A stretch of 64,000 nt of DNA from Cycas panzhihuaensis (lineage: Eukaryota > Plantae > Cycadophyta). This document shows, in pieces, positions 52,349 to 64,000 of the stretch. The notes beneath the pieces are model-generated. The model had not been told where the DNA came from. It was given only the letters and a program-made list of their open reading frames with translations, and ran no database searches. The stretch is taken from contig CM041465.1 of assembly GCA_023213395.1 (NCBI GenBank), positions 65,355,741-65,419,740 on the forward strand, in the 5' to 3' direction. Each line of letters opens with the position of its first letter. Within the stretch, counting starts at the first letter, position 1. The position numbers and the translations under genes are program-made.

Positions 52349-52407
<59 letters not shown>
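52349..52407. repeat. Compound microsatellite (TC)n(TA)n
   Basis: About 20 TC units followed directly by about 9 TA units. Confidence 0.97.
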
Positions 52408-52408
<1 letters not shown>

Positions 52409-53024
52409 AAAATGCATTGTAAAGATAGAGGTAAAAATTTAGTCATGGCTAAAGGTCTAATAAAGGAATGAATACACAAAATAACTTTATAACCAACAAT
52501 GAATATTGCTTTATAATAAAGTAGTTCCAAGATCTATAACTTGGCATTAAACTTTAATACATAAGGAATTGGATATGAAGCACTATATATGGTGAGAGGC
52601 ATTGTATGTTGAGGTTCACATAAGTCACAAGATAAGAGGCACATTGCTATATTACTTTATAGGCCACTAATTTAATCTTTATACTTGTCCGCTTAAGTCA
52701 ACACTAAAATAAACCCTAAGAGGTGGCTAATTGATATCCTAGATAGGTCAGATCATAGATGGTAAATGGGAAGTAATTATAGAAATGTAGACTTCATCAG
52801 GATATATTTGAAGATGTAGAGATAAGCATGGTTGTTAAAAATCACTAGGGTATTATTGTGATATATCACATAGATCCATAGGAACACCATAAGTTAGACC
52901 TATGATTCTTTGATACTCTTCCAAGCTAATGTTTGACAATATATTGATTTTATTTGATGATATGTTGATTCTATTTCTAATTGAGTTGTAGATATTACAA
53001 ACTTATCTATGGTTGTAATCCATT

Positions 53025-56000
53025 TATTGTGTCTCTTCATCTCAAGAAAAATACTAATTTTAAATGGAATTATAAATGGTTAAAATAATTAAAGCAAGGT
53101 TGTATTTATTCAACCTAAAAAAATTACCAAGTTCAAATACAACTAAAAAATGATGAAAATAATTAACGTAAACCACTATATAAAGGCTTGCTTATCAGAT
53201 TTTAGAATCATGAATTTAATTTGATTTAGAATTTATTTCTTTTGGCACCTTTAAGGTTGACGATGATTTTGTTGTAATTCATAAATTTTATATCTATTTT
53301 AGTTTTAGGTTCACTATAAGTAGTATTAGAGAACAAATTTGGCCAATTAGGGTTTTATTAAAAAACTCTAATTTTAGAGGTATAAATGATTGAATTTTGA
53401 AAAAGAGACTATATATTTAAAATGACCATACTTGTGTTGTAAAATTTGAGTGTTCATAGCACAGGATTTGGAATAGAGTTGCAAAAGTTATAAGGGTTTC
53501 AATATCAACTTATTATTTACTATCATCTATAAGTTAGAAAATTTACCATCGCAACTTCAAATGAGCATAACTCTTACTATAAGTATTTGATTGATTGATT
53601 TATTTTTTTAAGAAGGTAAAATTTGAAGTCTATTTTTTATTGGAATTAGTTATGATTTTAATTAGATATCATGATCAAAAGTTATCATCATTTTAGTAAT
53701 AGGTATTGATGTAGTTTCTAAAACCCTAAAATTTAGTTTACTTTAAAAAAACTATAACGAAGACAATAAGTATCTAATAGACCTTTACTTAAAAAAAAAA
53801 AAAGAAGTGCATCTTGAAGCCTACTTTCTATTAAAAGTATTTTAAACTTAATTGAATGTCAAAATAAAGAGTTAACATCATTTTAGTAAGAGGTATTATT
53901 GTAGCCTCTAAAACCTTAACCTTAATTTATATTTATTAGAAGTATTTCTTGGTTATCCTTTTATCAAAAAGTCTTCTATTTAGTTTTTATGGTTAGAATA
54001 TAATTTATTATAAGGTTTGGTGATAGAAGTTTATTTTTCCTTTTTATATAATTTTAAACAAAAATTTCACTTATAGTAAGTTTTGAGCCTTTGATGTTTA
54101 ATAAAATTATGAAGAATTCTTTAGATGTTCTAACCTTTTCCCTTGGAGGAAATATTAGGCATATAGAATGGTTAGATTATGTCAAAGCACACTATGAATT
54201 CATGTTTAATACATTGATAAATATTTATGGGTTCTAAATTAAATTATGCTTGAGAGGAGAAGCTCTTAAATGGTATAGAGATTGGTTTAGATATGTATAG
54301 AGATTATTTCATTTAGAGTCTAACTATAAATTTAAATAAGAGAAATACATGATACCCTATTATAGACATGGTGAAATAGATGTAGATGAGTGGATAATGA
54401 AATTATGGTGAATATTCAAATTCTTATAAGTTACCAACAATATAGATTAATTAAGCCTTGTTATAGAGTATATTAAAGGATCCTTAGATGTTTAGGCATC
54501 AATATGGAAGAATGAGTACCTAATATTCATAGATGATTTTAAAGAGAAATATCAAGAAAAATATAAGAAAATAAATCAAGAGAAAACCTAAATAAGAGCA
54601 TAAGATAGGAAAAAAGGCCTATGGAAAGACCTCTCATAAATACACAAAATATTATAGGAAGGGATTGCTAGATTGAACAAGTTTCAAGAGGGGGCAAATG
54701 ACAAGAGGGAAAAAAAAAGAACTAGCTAGGTAAATTGAAGACCAATTTAATAAGAATCTCATTTGTGATGAACTAATTGAGCAACTTAAGGAGGAGTCTA
54801 AAAAGGTTTTGGAGTAAGATGAGTCTATTAATGAAGAAGAATAAGCATGAGTAATTAAATAGGATGAAGAAGAAACACATTATATATAAAAGTGTGACAA
54901 TGGGAAGGATGAACGCTTGGAGAAGCAATAAGGAGAGGAATTGATTGAGATGAAAGGATCAAGTAATAAAAGAATCCAACATGGAGTTGTCTATAAAAGA
55001 ATATAAATGATAAATTAGCTTAAATAGGGAGCTTATTGAGAATTCAAATCTCATTTTATACTATTCCATTCTTTATTGTAGTTTTATAGTTCCTTTCAAA
55101 TCTTCATTTCATATGGCTATAGAAGATCCCACATCCCCTACTTACCAAGAATCCATAGTTGATATATATTGTTCTTGGCTATAAGACAAGCCCAAATGCT
55201 AAACTAATCCCCAACTTCCTTTATCTTCTAAATTAGCTAAACCCTATCCTCTTTGCCATGCTCTATATTCTTCTTTTTCTTTTCCCCCATCCCTTAATTT
55301 ATTTCATGGTCCACATAATTATTTCTCTCATCCCTTTATTACATCACTACATTTATCACTCCTTTGCCTTCCTCCCAGTCTAAACCACCTTTACCCTCTT
55401 ATTAACTATTCCCTTACTAATCTTCTATGTACCTTATCCTCTAATCTCATCTTAAGTATACATCATCCTTATCCCTTCCCTCATTTAAATTATCACTCCC
55501 TAAACATCCCTCGAACAAGCCTCCACTTCCTAATTTACCTTGCCATATTTACCCCTTATCATTATCACCTAACTTCTCATTTTTTATATTTCTCCCTATT
55601 ATCATTCTCAATTATATCAATCAACTTTCATAGCCCTTTATCTCTTGATTTTCTCTTACAAATTCTCCATATCCCTTATTACTCAATTCCTTTCAAAGAT
55701 TAGCCTACTATCCTTACTCTTTATCTCCCTCTCACCCCTTCATAACATCTCTTACTACATGCTCTCTCATTTCTTATTTTTTCCTAATTCACCTAGATAA
55801 GTTATTTTCCCATATAGAACAATCGAATAGAGTCTACAGCCCAATTCTTTACCTTCTTTAATTAGTCCCATATATAGATTACTCTCTAATTTCTTATATA
55901 GTTTAAAATCAACCTATTTTTCCTCCACATTCCTACCTATACTGTATATATTACCCTAATTATACCTTCTATTATATTTTGGCTATTTGATTCAATTATT

Positions 56001-57725
56001 AAATTCTATATACTCCTGTTATGTGTCCTTATCTCAATGAATTCTTCACTCAAGAATATGCTCCTATTTCTTATTCACTTCCAAGGCAACTAGATATATG
56101 AGGTCTACATTTTTATACCTATTCCTAGTTTGTTTTAAGGAAGAACCATCATTACTACAATATAGAAGTAAGATATAAGATCTTTCATAACCTAAAACCT
56201 CAACACATAGGGTCCAAGTACTAATAAAACCCATAACTATTCTATTTAAAAATACTCTAAGAACAAAGATATTGAAGGTTCTATAGTTATGGCTACTTCG
56301 TCAAATAAATAAGTTCCAAGATACATATACGTTCTACTAGTAAGATGTTATATGGAATTACTAATCACTAGAGATAATCCTTAGCTTTTATTAAATCTCT
56401 AAAATACTTAAAGGAATCAACGAATAAAGAAGATAAAACTTACTATGCATCAATAAGGGTTTAAGCATGACCAAGTGGATAAAAATGAGCCAACTCCTAA
56501 AACCATGAATAAGATTTAGATAGAAGAAGAATCATGGTCAAAGCATCATTTACCTGTATTTGAGATTTGAAGGCAAGAGTTTAATTTTCAATAAGGAAGG
56601 GCATGTTGTATTCCTACATCTTAAGAAAAATACCAACTTTAATTAGAATTTCAAATGATTAAAATAATTAAAATAAGATTTTATTTACATAACCCAAGAA
56701 AAATGTTAACTTTAAATATAATTTTAAAAACATTAAAATGATCAAAACAAACTATTATATAATACTTTGTTTATTAGATATTAAAAAGTTACTTTAATTT
56801 AAAATTTATTCCTTTTGGCACCTTTAGGGCTTAGAATGATTTTGCTATAATTTTTTCAATATAATTCAAGAAATTTATTTCTATATTAATTTTGGATTCA
56901 TCTTAAGTGGTATTATAATATAGTTTCAGCCAATTAAGGTTTTATTGAAGATCTATAGTCTTAGAGGTGTAAATGACTAATTTTTAAAAAAAGGACTATA
57001 TATTTAGGATGACTAAACTTATTTTGTAAACTTTAAGGGGCTATATCATAAGGCTTAGAGTTGAATTATGAAAGTTATGAGTGTTTCAACCTTAACTTAC
57101 TATTTACTATAATTTAGAAGCTATAAAATTTGCTACTACAACTTTAGATAACCATAACTTCTATTGCAAGTATATGATTGATCTTAAGTAAAAAAGAATA
57201 GAGGGTGTAATTTGAAGTCTATTGTCTATTGGGATTTATTTTATTTCAATTAAGTATCATGATAAGAAGTTATGACCATTTTACTAGTGGTAATGTTATA
57301 GTTCCTCAAACCCTAAATTTTGGTCCACCATAAAAGGGTTGTAACAAAGGCTATAGGAATCCAATCAACTTCATTTTTTCTTTTAATAGGTGCATCACGA
57401 AGTCTTCTTTCTATTAAAAATGGTTTAAACTTAATTAGATTTCAAAATTAAAAGTTACCCTTATTTTAGTATAAGGTATTATTATAGTCCTTAAAATCCT
57501 AAATTTTGATTAACTTCAAAAGATCATTATATAAGTCACAAGCTTCTAAATATCTTAAATCAAATTCATTAGAAGCATTTATTATTTGTCCTTCATAAAA
57601 AAGTATTCTATTTAGTTTTTATAGTGTGAATATAATTTATTCTAAAATTTGGTGATGGAAGTTTATCTTTCCCTTCTATGCAATTTCTAATAAATTTTCC
57701 ACTTGTAGTAAGTTTTGAGCCATTT
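53025..57725 (+). mobile_element. Old non-autonomous Gypsy-like LTR element (element E) with ~1.1-kb LTRs
   Basis: Diverged direct repeats ~53025-54095 and 56604-~57725; PPT-like aataaggaagggca before TGTTGTA at 56604; gag-like LCLRGEALKWYRDW at ~54245-54290; no pol recognised. The right ends of the LTRs are approximate. Confidence 0.75.
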
Positions 57726-57729
57726 GATA

Positions 57730-60700
57730 TTAATGGAAGATGGAAGTCTCCCTGGTTTATAACCTAGGTTCAAGACTCACAACATTCTTGCAAATATTCA
57801 ATAGAAAATAAAAATAAAGATAAGCGAAAAAGCATAAGAATTAATCTTTAATGCTTTAAATCGAAATGTTTCTATTCCATTTATTCATCTATGAGAAATT
57901 ACAATATATATAATATGAAGAATGCTTTATATATAAAATAAAAAGAGGCAGTTACAAAATATAAGGAAGGTGAATCGAAGAGTCATGTAAGATGTCAAAT
58001 GTACTTTACATTATTATAATAATCTACAACACCTTTATATGAGGACAAAATACTACCATACATTACTAGGTTCACAACATTAAGTTGTAACTTAACCTAT
58101 TTATGTGAAATAAAGTTCTTACAATAAGTATATATAATATTAACATTAATTATACAAAGATCTATCAATTAATGAAATAAACATTAATTCTTCTATCACC
58201 CTCCCTTAATGATGATTTCATTAATTCTAACACAAAGGCCAAGCTGAAACCTTTTAAATTTGTTGTGAGAGAGTACTTTTGTAAAGATATCTGTAATCTA
58301 TTCTTTGGTAGGCTAGTAAATCAAATCAATCTCACCATCCTATACATGTTCCTTGATAAAGTGATGGTGAAACTTGATGTGTTTCATTGTAGCATAGAAC
58401 ACATGATTCTTAGTAAATTTTAGAACACTTTGATTATCATAAAATAAAGATGTAGCTTATTTTTGAGTAAAACCAAGCTCTTTAAGAATCCTATTAAGCC
58501 AGATAGCTTCAATAATTATACTAATGACATCTTTATGCTCAATTTTAGTTGAAAAAAGTGTGACATTAGGCTACTTTTTATATGACCATAAAACTAAAGT
58601 TAAACCTAGGTAAAATAGTAACTTGAGTTTAATCTATGACTATCTTTACATCCAGCCTAATTTAGATCTATGTAACTTGTCAACAAAGGGTTCTCCACAT
58701 GATAGTAATCAAGTACAAACTAAAGAGTACTTCAAAGATATTTTAGGACCCCCATTGCTACTTTCCAATATGAGAGTTTGGGCTATGTCATGAACCTAGA
58801 ATAGATCCAAATGACATAGACAATATTAGGTCAAGTATGTGTGAGGTAAATGAGTTTTTCTATAAGATATCTATACAATATTAGATCCATAGGTTTTCCA
58901 TGATCATCAGTATCTAATTTTAGACATGTATCCATAAGATTTGGTGATGGTTTACATTCATCTATCTTGTATTTTTGAAGAATTTCCTTTATGTATTTAA
59001 ACTATAAAAGTAAAATATAGCCTGACTCCTACTACTAGACTTCCATGCCAAGAAAGTAATGGAGCAACTCAATGTCAGTAATCTGAAAGTTACTTTTCAA
59101 GTCTCCCTAGAGATATGAAATCCACTTTGTGTCATTGTGAGTTATCAACAAATCATCGATATAAAGTATGATGAGAGTGATGAACCTATTTTGGATTCTA
59201 ATATATAAATTTAAATTTGATGGTGAGCATATGAGTCCATGCTTCCAGAAATAATCATCAATCTTCATATACCAAGTATGAGGTGATTATTTAAGGCCAT
59301 ACAATGCCTTTTTAAGTTTACAAACTATGTGTTTTTTCTGATGAACCATAAAGCTAAGAGGTTGATTTATGTAGATTTCCTCCTACAAGTTACCATTTAA
59401 GAAGGCATTTTTATATCCATTTGGTATACATGCTGTTTAAATTAAGTTACAAGTTCCAAAATAAGTTAAACAGTGGTCATGTTGGAAACTAGTGTAAATA
59501 TGTCTTCATAGTCAATTCCTTTGATCTATTTGAAACCTTTGGTAACTAAATGGGCTTTATGTCACTAAATGGAGCCATCTGCATGAAATTTTATTTTGTA
59601 AATCCATTTACAATCAATCAATTTCTTCCCTTTAGGTAACTCAACAAGCTCCCAAGTATCATTCTGTAAGATTAAATCTATTTTATCAATCATTATTGCT
59701 TGCCATTTTGGATCTATAGCAACTTCCTTAAAACTAGAGGGTTCCAAAGTTGACAATACTTCTATTAGTAAGGTGAAGTTAATGGATGACCTATATTTTG
59801 ATTGTCTCTTCACTTGTTGCAGTGATACAGGAGCAAAAGAGATCATTTACATGTACCATTTAAGAAACTATTTTAATGTTGCCTCATCTTGAATATCCTT
59901 TTAAGGACTAATGGGAGAAGATATGGAAGTAGAGGTAGGTAGAGCATGCAGGAACCAAGAGTAAATATGGATGTTAGAGGCATATGTATTCTAGGTATAT
60001 TTTATAGATCAAGAAGAGTAATTGGTGCTTTATCTAACTAATCATCAAAGAATGACATCTGATTGATATCAACACCTTGGTTCTTTTTTAAAAATATAAC
60101 ATCTCAAGATGTATGCATTTGGTTAGTTGTTGGATTATATAATTTATGTGCTTTGTAGTTAGGTTGATAACTAATAAAAATACATTTCTTGCTCTTATCA
60201 TCCAACTTTTTAATTTGTTCTTTTGGTATAAGCATATATGTTATATAACCAAAAGCATGCAAGTGTGAGATCATTGGTTTTTGACCTAATTAGGCTTCCT
60301 TAGGAGTAATATTCAACACAACCTTGGTAGGACTTCTATTTGTAAGATATATAGCTATATGAAGGGTTTTATCTTAAAATTAAAGTGCTAAGCTCTTGGT
60401 AGCAAGCATGGCTTTGCCTTTGCAAACCATGGTCTAATTCATTCACTCAATAACACCATTAGACTGAGGGATATATGGGGTAAAAAACTATAGTTTAATA
60501 CCATTATCCTTATAAAATTAGGTTAATGCATTAGATATATATTCATATCCATTATCACAATGAAGGATTTTTAGTGGCCTTCTAGATTCAATTTTAGTGC
60601 CATGCTTAAATCCCTTAAATTTGTTAAGAGCTTCTAATTTCTACTTCATGAAATATACCCAGACTTTCTTGGAGTAAACATCAATGAAAGTGATAAAGAA

Positions 60701-63000
60701 TTGATAACATTTAAAGGATGCCTAAGAGATGGACCCATAAATGTCTAAATATACCAAGCCTAAAGGTTCCTTGGCATCCCAGGCTCTCTTATTTAACCTA
60801 AAAGGAGCCTAATGGTGTTTGCCTATTATATAGGTATTACAAATGTATTTAGTCTCCTTGATGTTTAGTATGCCATGCACCATATTCAATTTATAAAGTA
60901 GATGAAGGCTAGCCATATTTAAGTGACCTAAGCATTGAGAAATATATTTAAGACACCATAAATGGTCTTTCAAAATCTTAAGAGAAATATATGTTTCATA
61001 GGTAAATTGATCATATAAATTTGATGCAAAAGTAGAAGGATCAAGAATTAAAGCTAAATTGCTATAAGAACTGACTTCAGGTATGTGGATCAATGGTCTA
61101 GTTACCATATCAAGTTTGTAAAGTCCCTGATCTTCATATCCTAAGGTAATTAAGTTGCCATTTAGATTAGTAATTAAGCATTTTCTAAGATGGCTAAACA
61201 AAACATCAAAGTTTTTCTTATTTATTTAGTTGACTGAAAGTAAGTTGCGTGTCATGCTAGGTACATAGAACATATTGTTAAGATGATGAGAGTGCTCAAA
61301 CTCTTTAATGAGATAGGAACATTAATAATCTTAATAAACTTTAAAGTGTCATCATCTCTAAAGGTGATAGACTGATCCTTGATCAGTCTTGTATTAGTTA
61401 GAAGTTTTTTCAAACCTGTCATGTGTTGAGAAAAACTTGAATCGATTAACTAGGAGATATCAAAATGATGTGATAAAAAAGCAATAAAAAAGAGGTTTTG
61501 AGAATTGGCCATATGGCCTCCTTGTCTCTAGTTATAATTTTTGTTCTATTAATTTCTTTGAGGAGTATTTTAGTTTTGTCTCCTTAGTCACTACTAGTTT
61601 GGCCGATTCTATCTCTGAGGTCCTTAGTAGTTTCTACATCCATGAGTCTAATTATCCCATATAGTAGGGTAATTTTAAAACTATTATTATTAAAGGTCAA
61701 CTCTCTTTTTCCTATGGTCTGGTATTATGTGTCTAAGTTTACCACAATAGTAATAAACAACCTAAGGATTATAAGATGATGGAGGATGATATGTCTAATT
61801 ATGTTACTAGTTTAAATTCATTAAACTAAATTAATGTGTAATCTATAGACGTTGAGGTCTTCCTCTATGTCTAGCTACAAATGCTGGTATAGAAGAGGAA
61901 GCTCTTGAATTCCCAGAATGATTTAAAATACATTCTTCTTAGATAAATAAACCCTCAAATATATTGAAATTAATGGTACTAAGCTATCCTATATGTAACA
62001 AATTAGATATAAGGGCATTATAACTAGGTGGAAAAGCATTAATAATAATAGATACGAGATCACTGTCTACTGATGGTTGACCTATAACTGATGATTAGTT
62101 CTTGATCATATTAACCTAGGATAAGTAAGCTATAATGGATTTTGTAAATAAATGGAGAAAAATTGAGCTTTAAGTATCACTACCCTTGCATTGTCAATCC
62201 TCTCATAGAGTGCACAGATGATGTTCTAAGCTTTAGTAGAGGTAGTGGTAAGTTCTATATTTTGGTTGACATTATCCTCATAGGAAAATTGAAGAAAAGA
62301 AAGGGCCACTTTGTTAAACTTGGAAAAGGCAACTACTTTATTAGGATCAAGTGGAGTAAGGTTATTAAGATTATTAGGATCTTCGGTAAGAACTAACTTA
62401 GGATTTTTTCTAGAAATATAAGGTCAAAGTTTGATTATGATCATAATATTCTTAACATATTTCTTTTAAGTCAAGAAGTTATCATTACCAAATAGTTTAA
62501 TGGTATTAATTGTAATCATTTAAAGTTCTATAGTATTTGTTATGTGTCCTATTCTACCTATAAAGGGTGACCTAAACTAGGATCTAAGTCTTAGTGTCTC
62601 TACTCTTAAACAACCTCTAGTAGTTGAGATGGTCCTATTTGGTGGTGTACCTACTTATAAGTGGAAACTTAGGGAGCTAATATACTTAAGATACATGGAT
62701 GCTATAGAATACTTAGTGACTCCCTTAATATCATTGACCTACCTGCACTAGATTTATAGCATGAATGATAAATCCTTGTCTAAGGGAACACTTCTAACTA
62801 AGGCACTCACCCTCTCTAGGTCTAACTTGGTCTTCGAACTCTAAGGTTTTGGGTATAACACCTCATCCTACCACATATTATATTTGATAGTTAAATTGCC
62901 TCTCTAATATCCATAAAAATTAAGAAGGACTGGTATCATATACATAGTGGTAACTTTAGGGGTCTTAGCTGTTTCTCTTGCAAGGCTGGTAATTAGATGG
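57730..63000 (-). mobile_element. Degenerate Ty1/Copia retrotransposon (element F); 5' LTR not identified in the window
   Basis: Minus-strand order: protease LIDSSFSQHMT (~61420-61450), GAG-pre-integrase LGHLN (ORF 60809-61201), integrase region (~60150-60750), RT EPSSFKEV...NDTWELVELPKGKKLIDCKWIYKIK and ILYIDDLLI (~59145-59170), RNase H KHIKFHHHFI...ITDIFTK (~58270-58390). PPT ttaagggaggg abuts an LTR starting at 58198 and running leftwards. Both outer boundaries are approximate. Confidence 0.88.
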
Positions 63001-64000
63001 TTCCTTTGGTTTTTATCTTGTTTAATATTTTTGGTTAATTTTTAAAAGATTTAGTGATTAATAGATTTGTTTTAATGTTTTAAAGTAGAAAAATATAAAA
63101 AACCCTTTAAAAACTAAAAAAATTACCTAAAAATAAATTAAAAAAGGCCTAAAAAATCTAAAAAAATGATTAAAAACTTATTAAAAAGATAACTTTAGGT
63201 TATGAAATATATTAAAAATAGAATATTCTAGTGATATGTTGAATTATATAACCTAAAAATTTTTAAGCTATATAAAAATCAAATCCAGACAATCAGATTT
63301 TGAAAAAAATAAAGTAGTAATGTGGATATAGAAGGTAAATTCTCACTATAAAAGAAATAGATTCCAGATCAATCTTCTTCACTACAAAGTAGGCTCAATT
63401 AGGGTCAATTTAAATGGTTATAAGTTATACTTCTATCCCTTCAGTTATTTGTAGCAATGAAGTGAATCCAATAGAAAATTATCAATCCTCAGGTCACAAA
63501 AAATTAATGAATTAAAGCATAAATCTAGTTTGTTCGCCTCTATTTCAAGTTAGAATCAATCTTTTACCAACTGCACCCAATCTATAATCAACATCAAAAG
63601 CAATACATACCATAAAAAGGCTACATGGGCCAACAAAAAGTTGAAACACTAATGCAATTATTAATAGATGCTAGACTGAGTTGCAAAGGAGCCTCACAAG
63701 CTAATTGAATAAAAGCAAGACCAAGATAAGCTAAGAATAAGGCCACATAGGAAGTGGATAGGGCAACAAAGTACACAAAAGATTGAGTGAGGGATACACA
63801 GGTTAGAAAATGATCCATGCATGACAATAACAATGATACATACTTTGTAGTGATATAAAAAAGGCCCACAAATAGACCATGTAGGTGAAACTAAGTTCAC
63901 GAAAACCACACACAGAGAGCAGTGTGATGCATAAAGTAAAGGGATGATTTATGCCATCACGCCAATGTAGGAATCTAAATGAGGAATCACATAGGATTTT

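Noticed and set aside
57720-57724. CCATT as TSD of element E (matches 53020-53024)
   Set aside because: LTR-LTR similarity appears to continue through this position and no terminal CA precedes it, so the match may be coincidental.
63590-64000. Window end as the 5' LTR of Copia element F
   Set aside because: No visible similarity to the 3' LTR region (~57730-58198) and no convincing PBS; probably another repeat.

Overview
Land-plant nuclear DNA, AT-rich and repeat-dense; the kinesin sequence and heavily decayed TEs suggest a large-genome seed plant, but the species cannot be assigned. One intact host gene is present: a 19-coding-exon calponin-homology kinesin-14 (KCH/KIN14 type) on + at 6288-13417, about 1160 aa. 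Its motor domain is interrupted by a minor-spliceosome (U12) AT-AC intron. Upstream lies a CpG-rich island carrying MSA and CHR-like cell-cycle motifs. From about 19 kb onward the window is almost entirely retroelements: a 5'-truncated L1-like LINE with a recoverable TSD; two related chromovirus-type Ty3/Gypsy elements (A and B); a three-level nest (Gypsy B > non-autonomous Copia-like C > young Tat/Ogre-like D); a non-autonomous Gypsy-like element E with ~1.1-kb LTRs; and a degenerate Copia F. The most unusual structure is in element C. It has three tandem [LTR terminus + tRNA-iMet primer-binding site] units separated by unique spacers, and one unit has been copied into both LTRs, implying priming from a downstream PBS. 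All coordinates and alignments were derived by eye.
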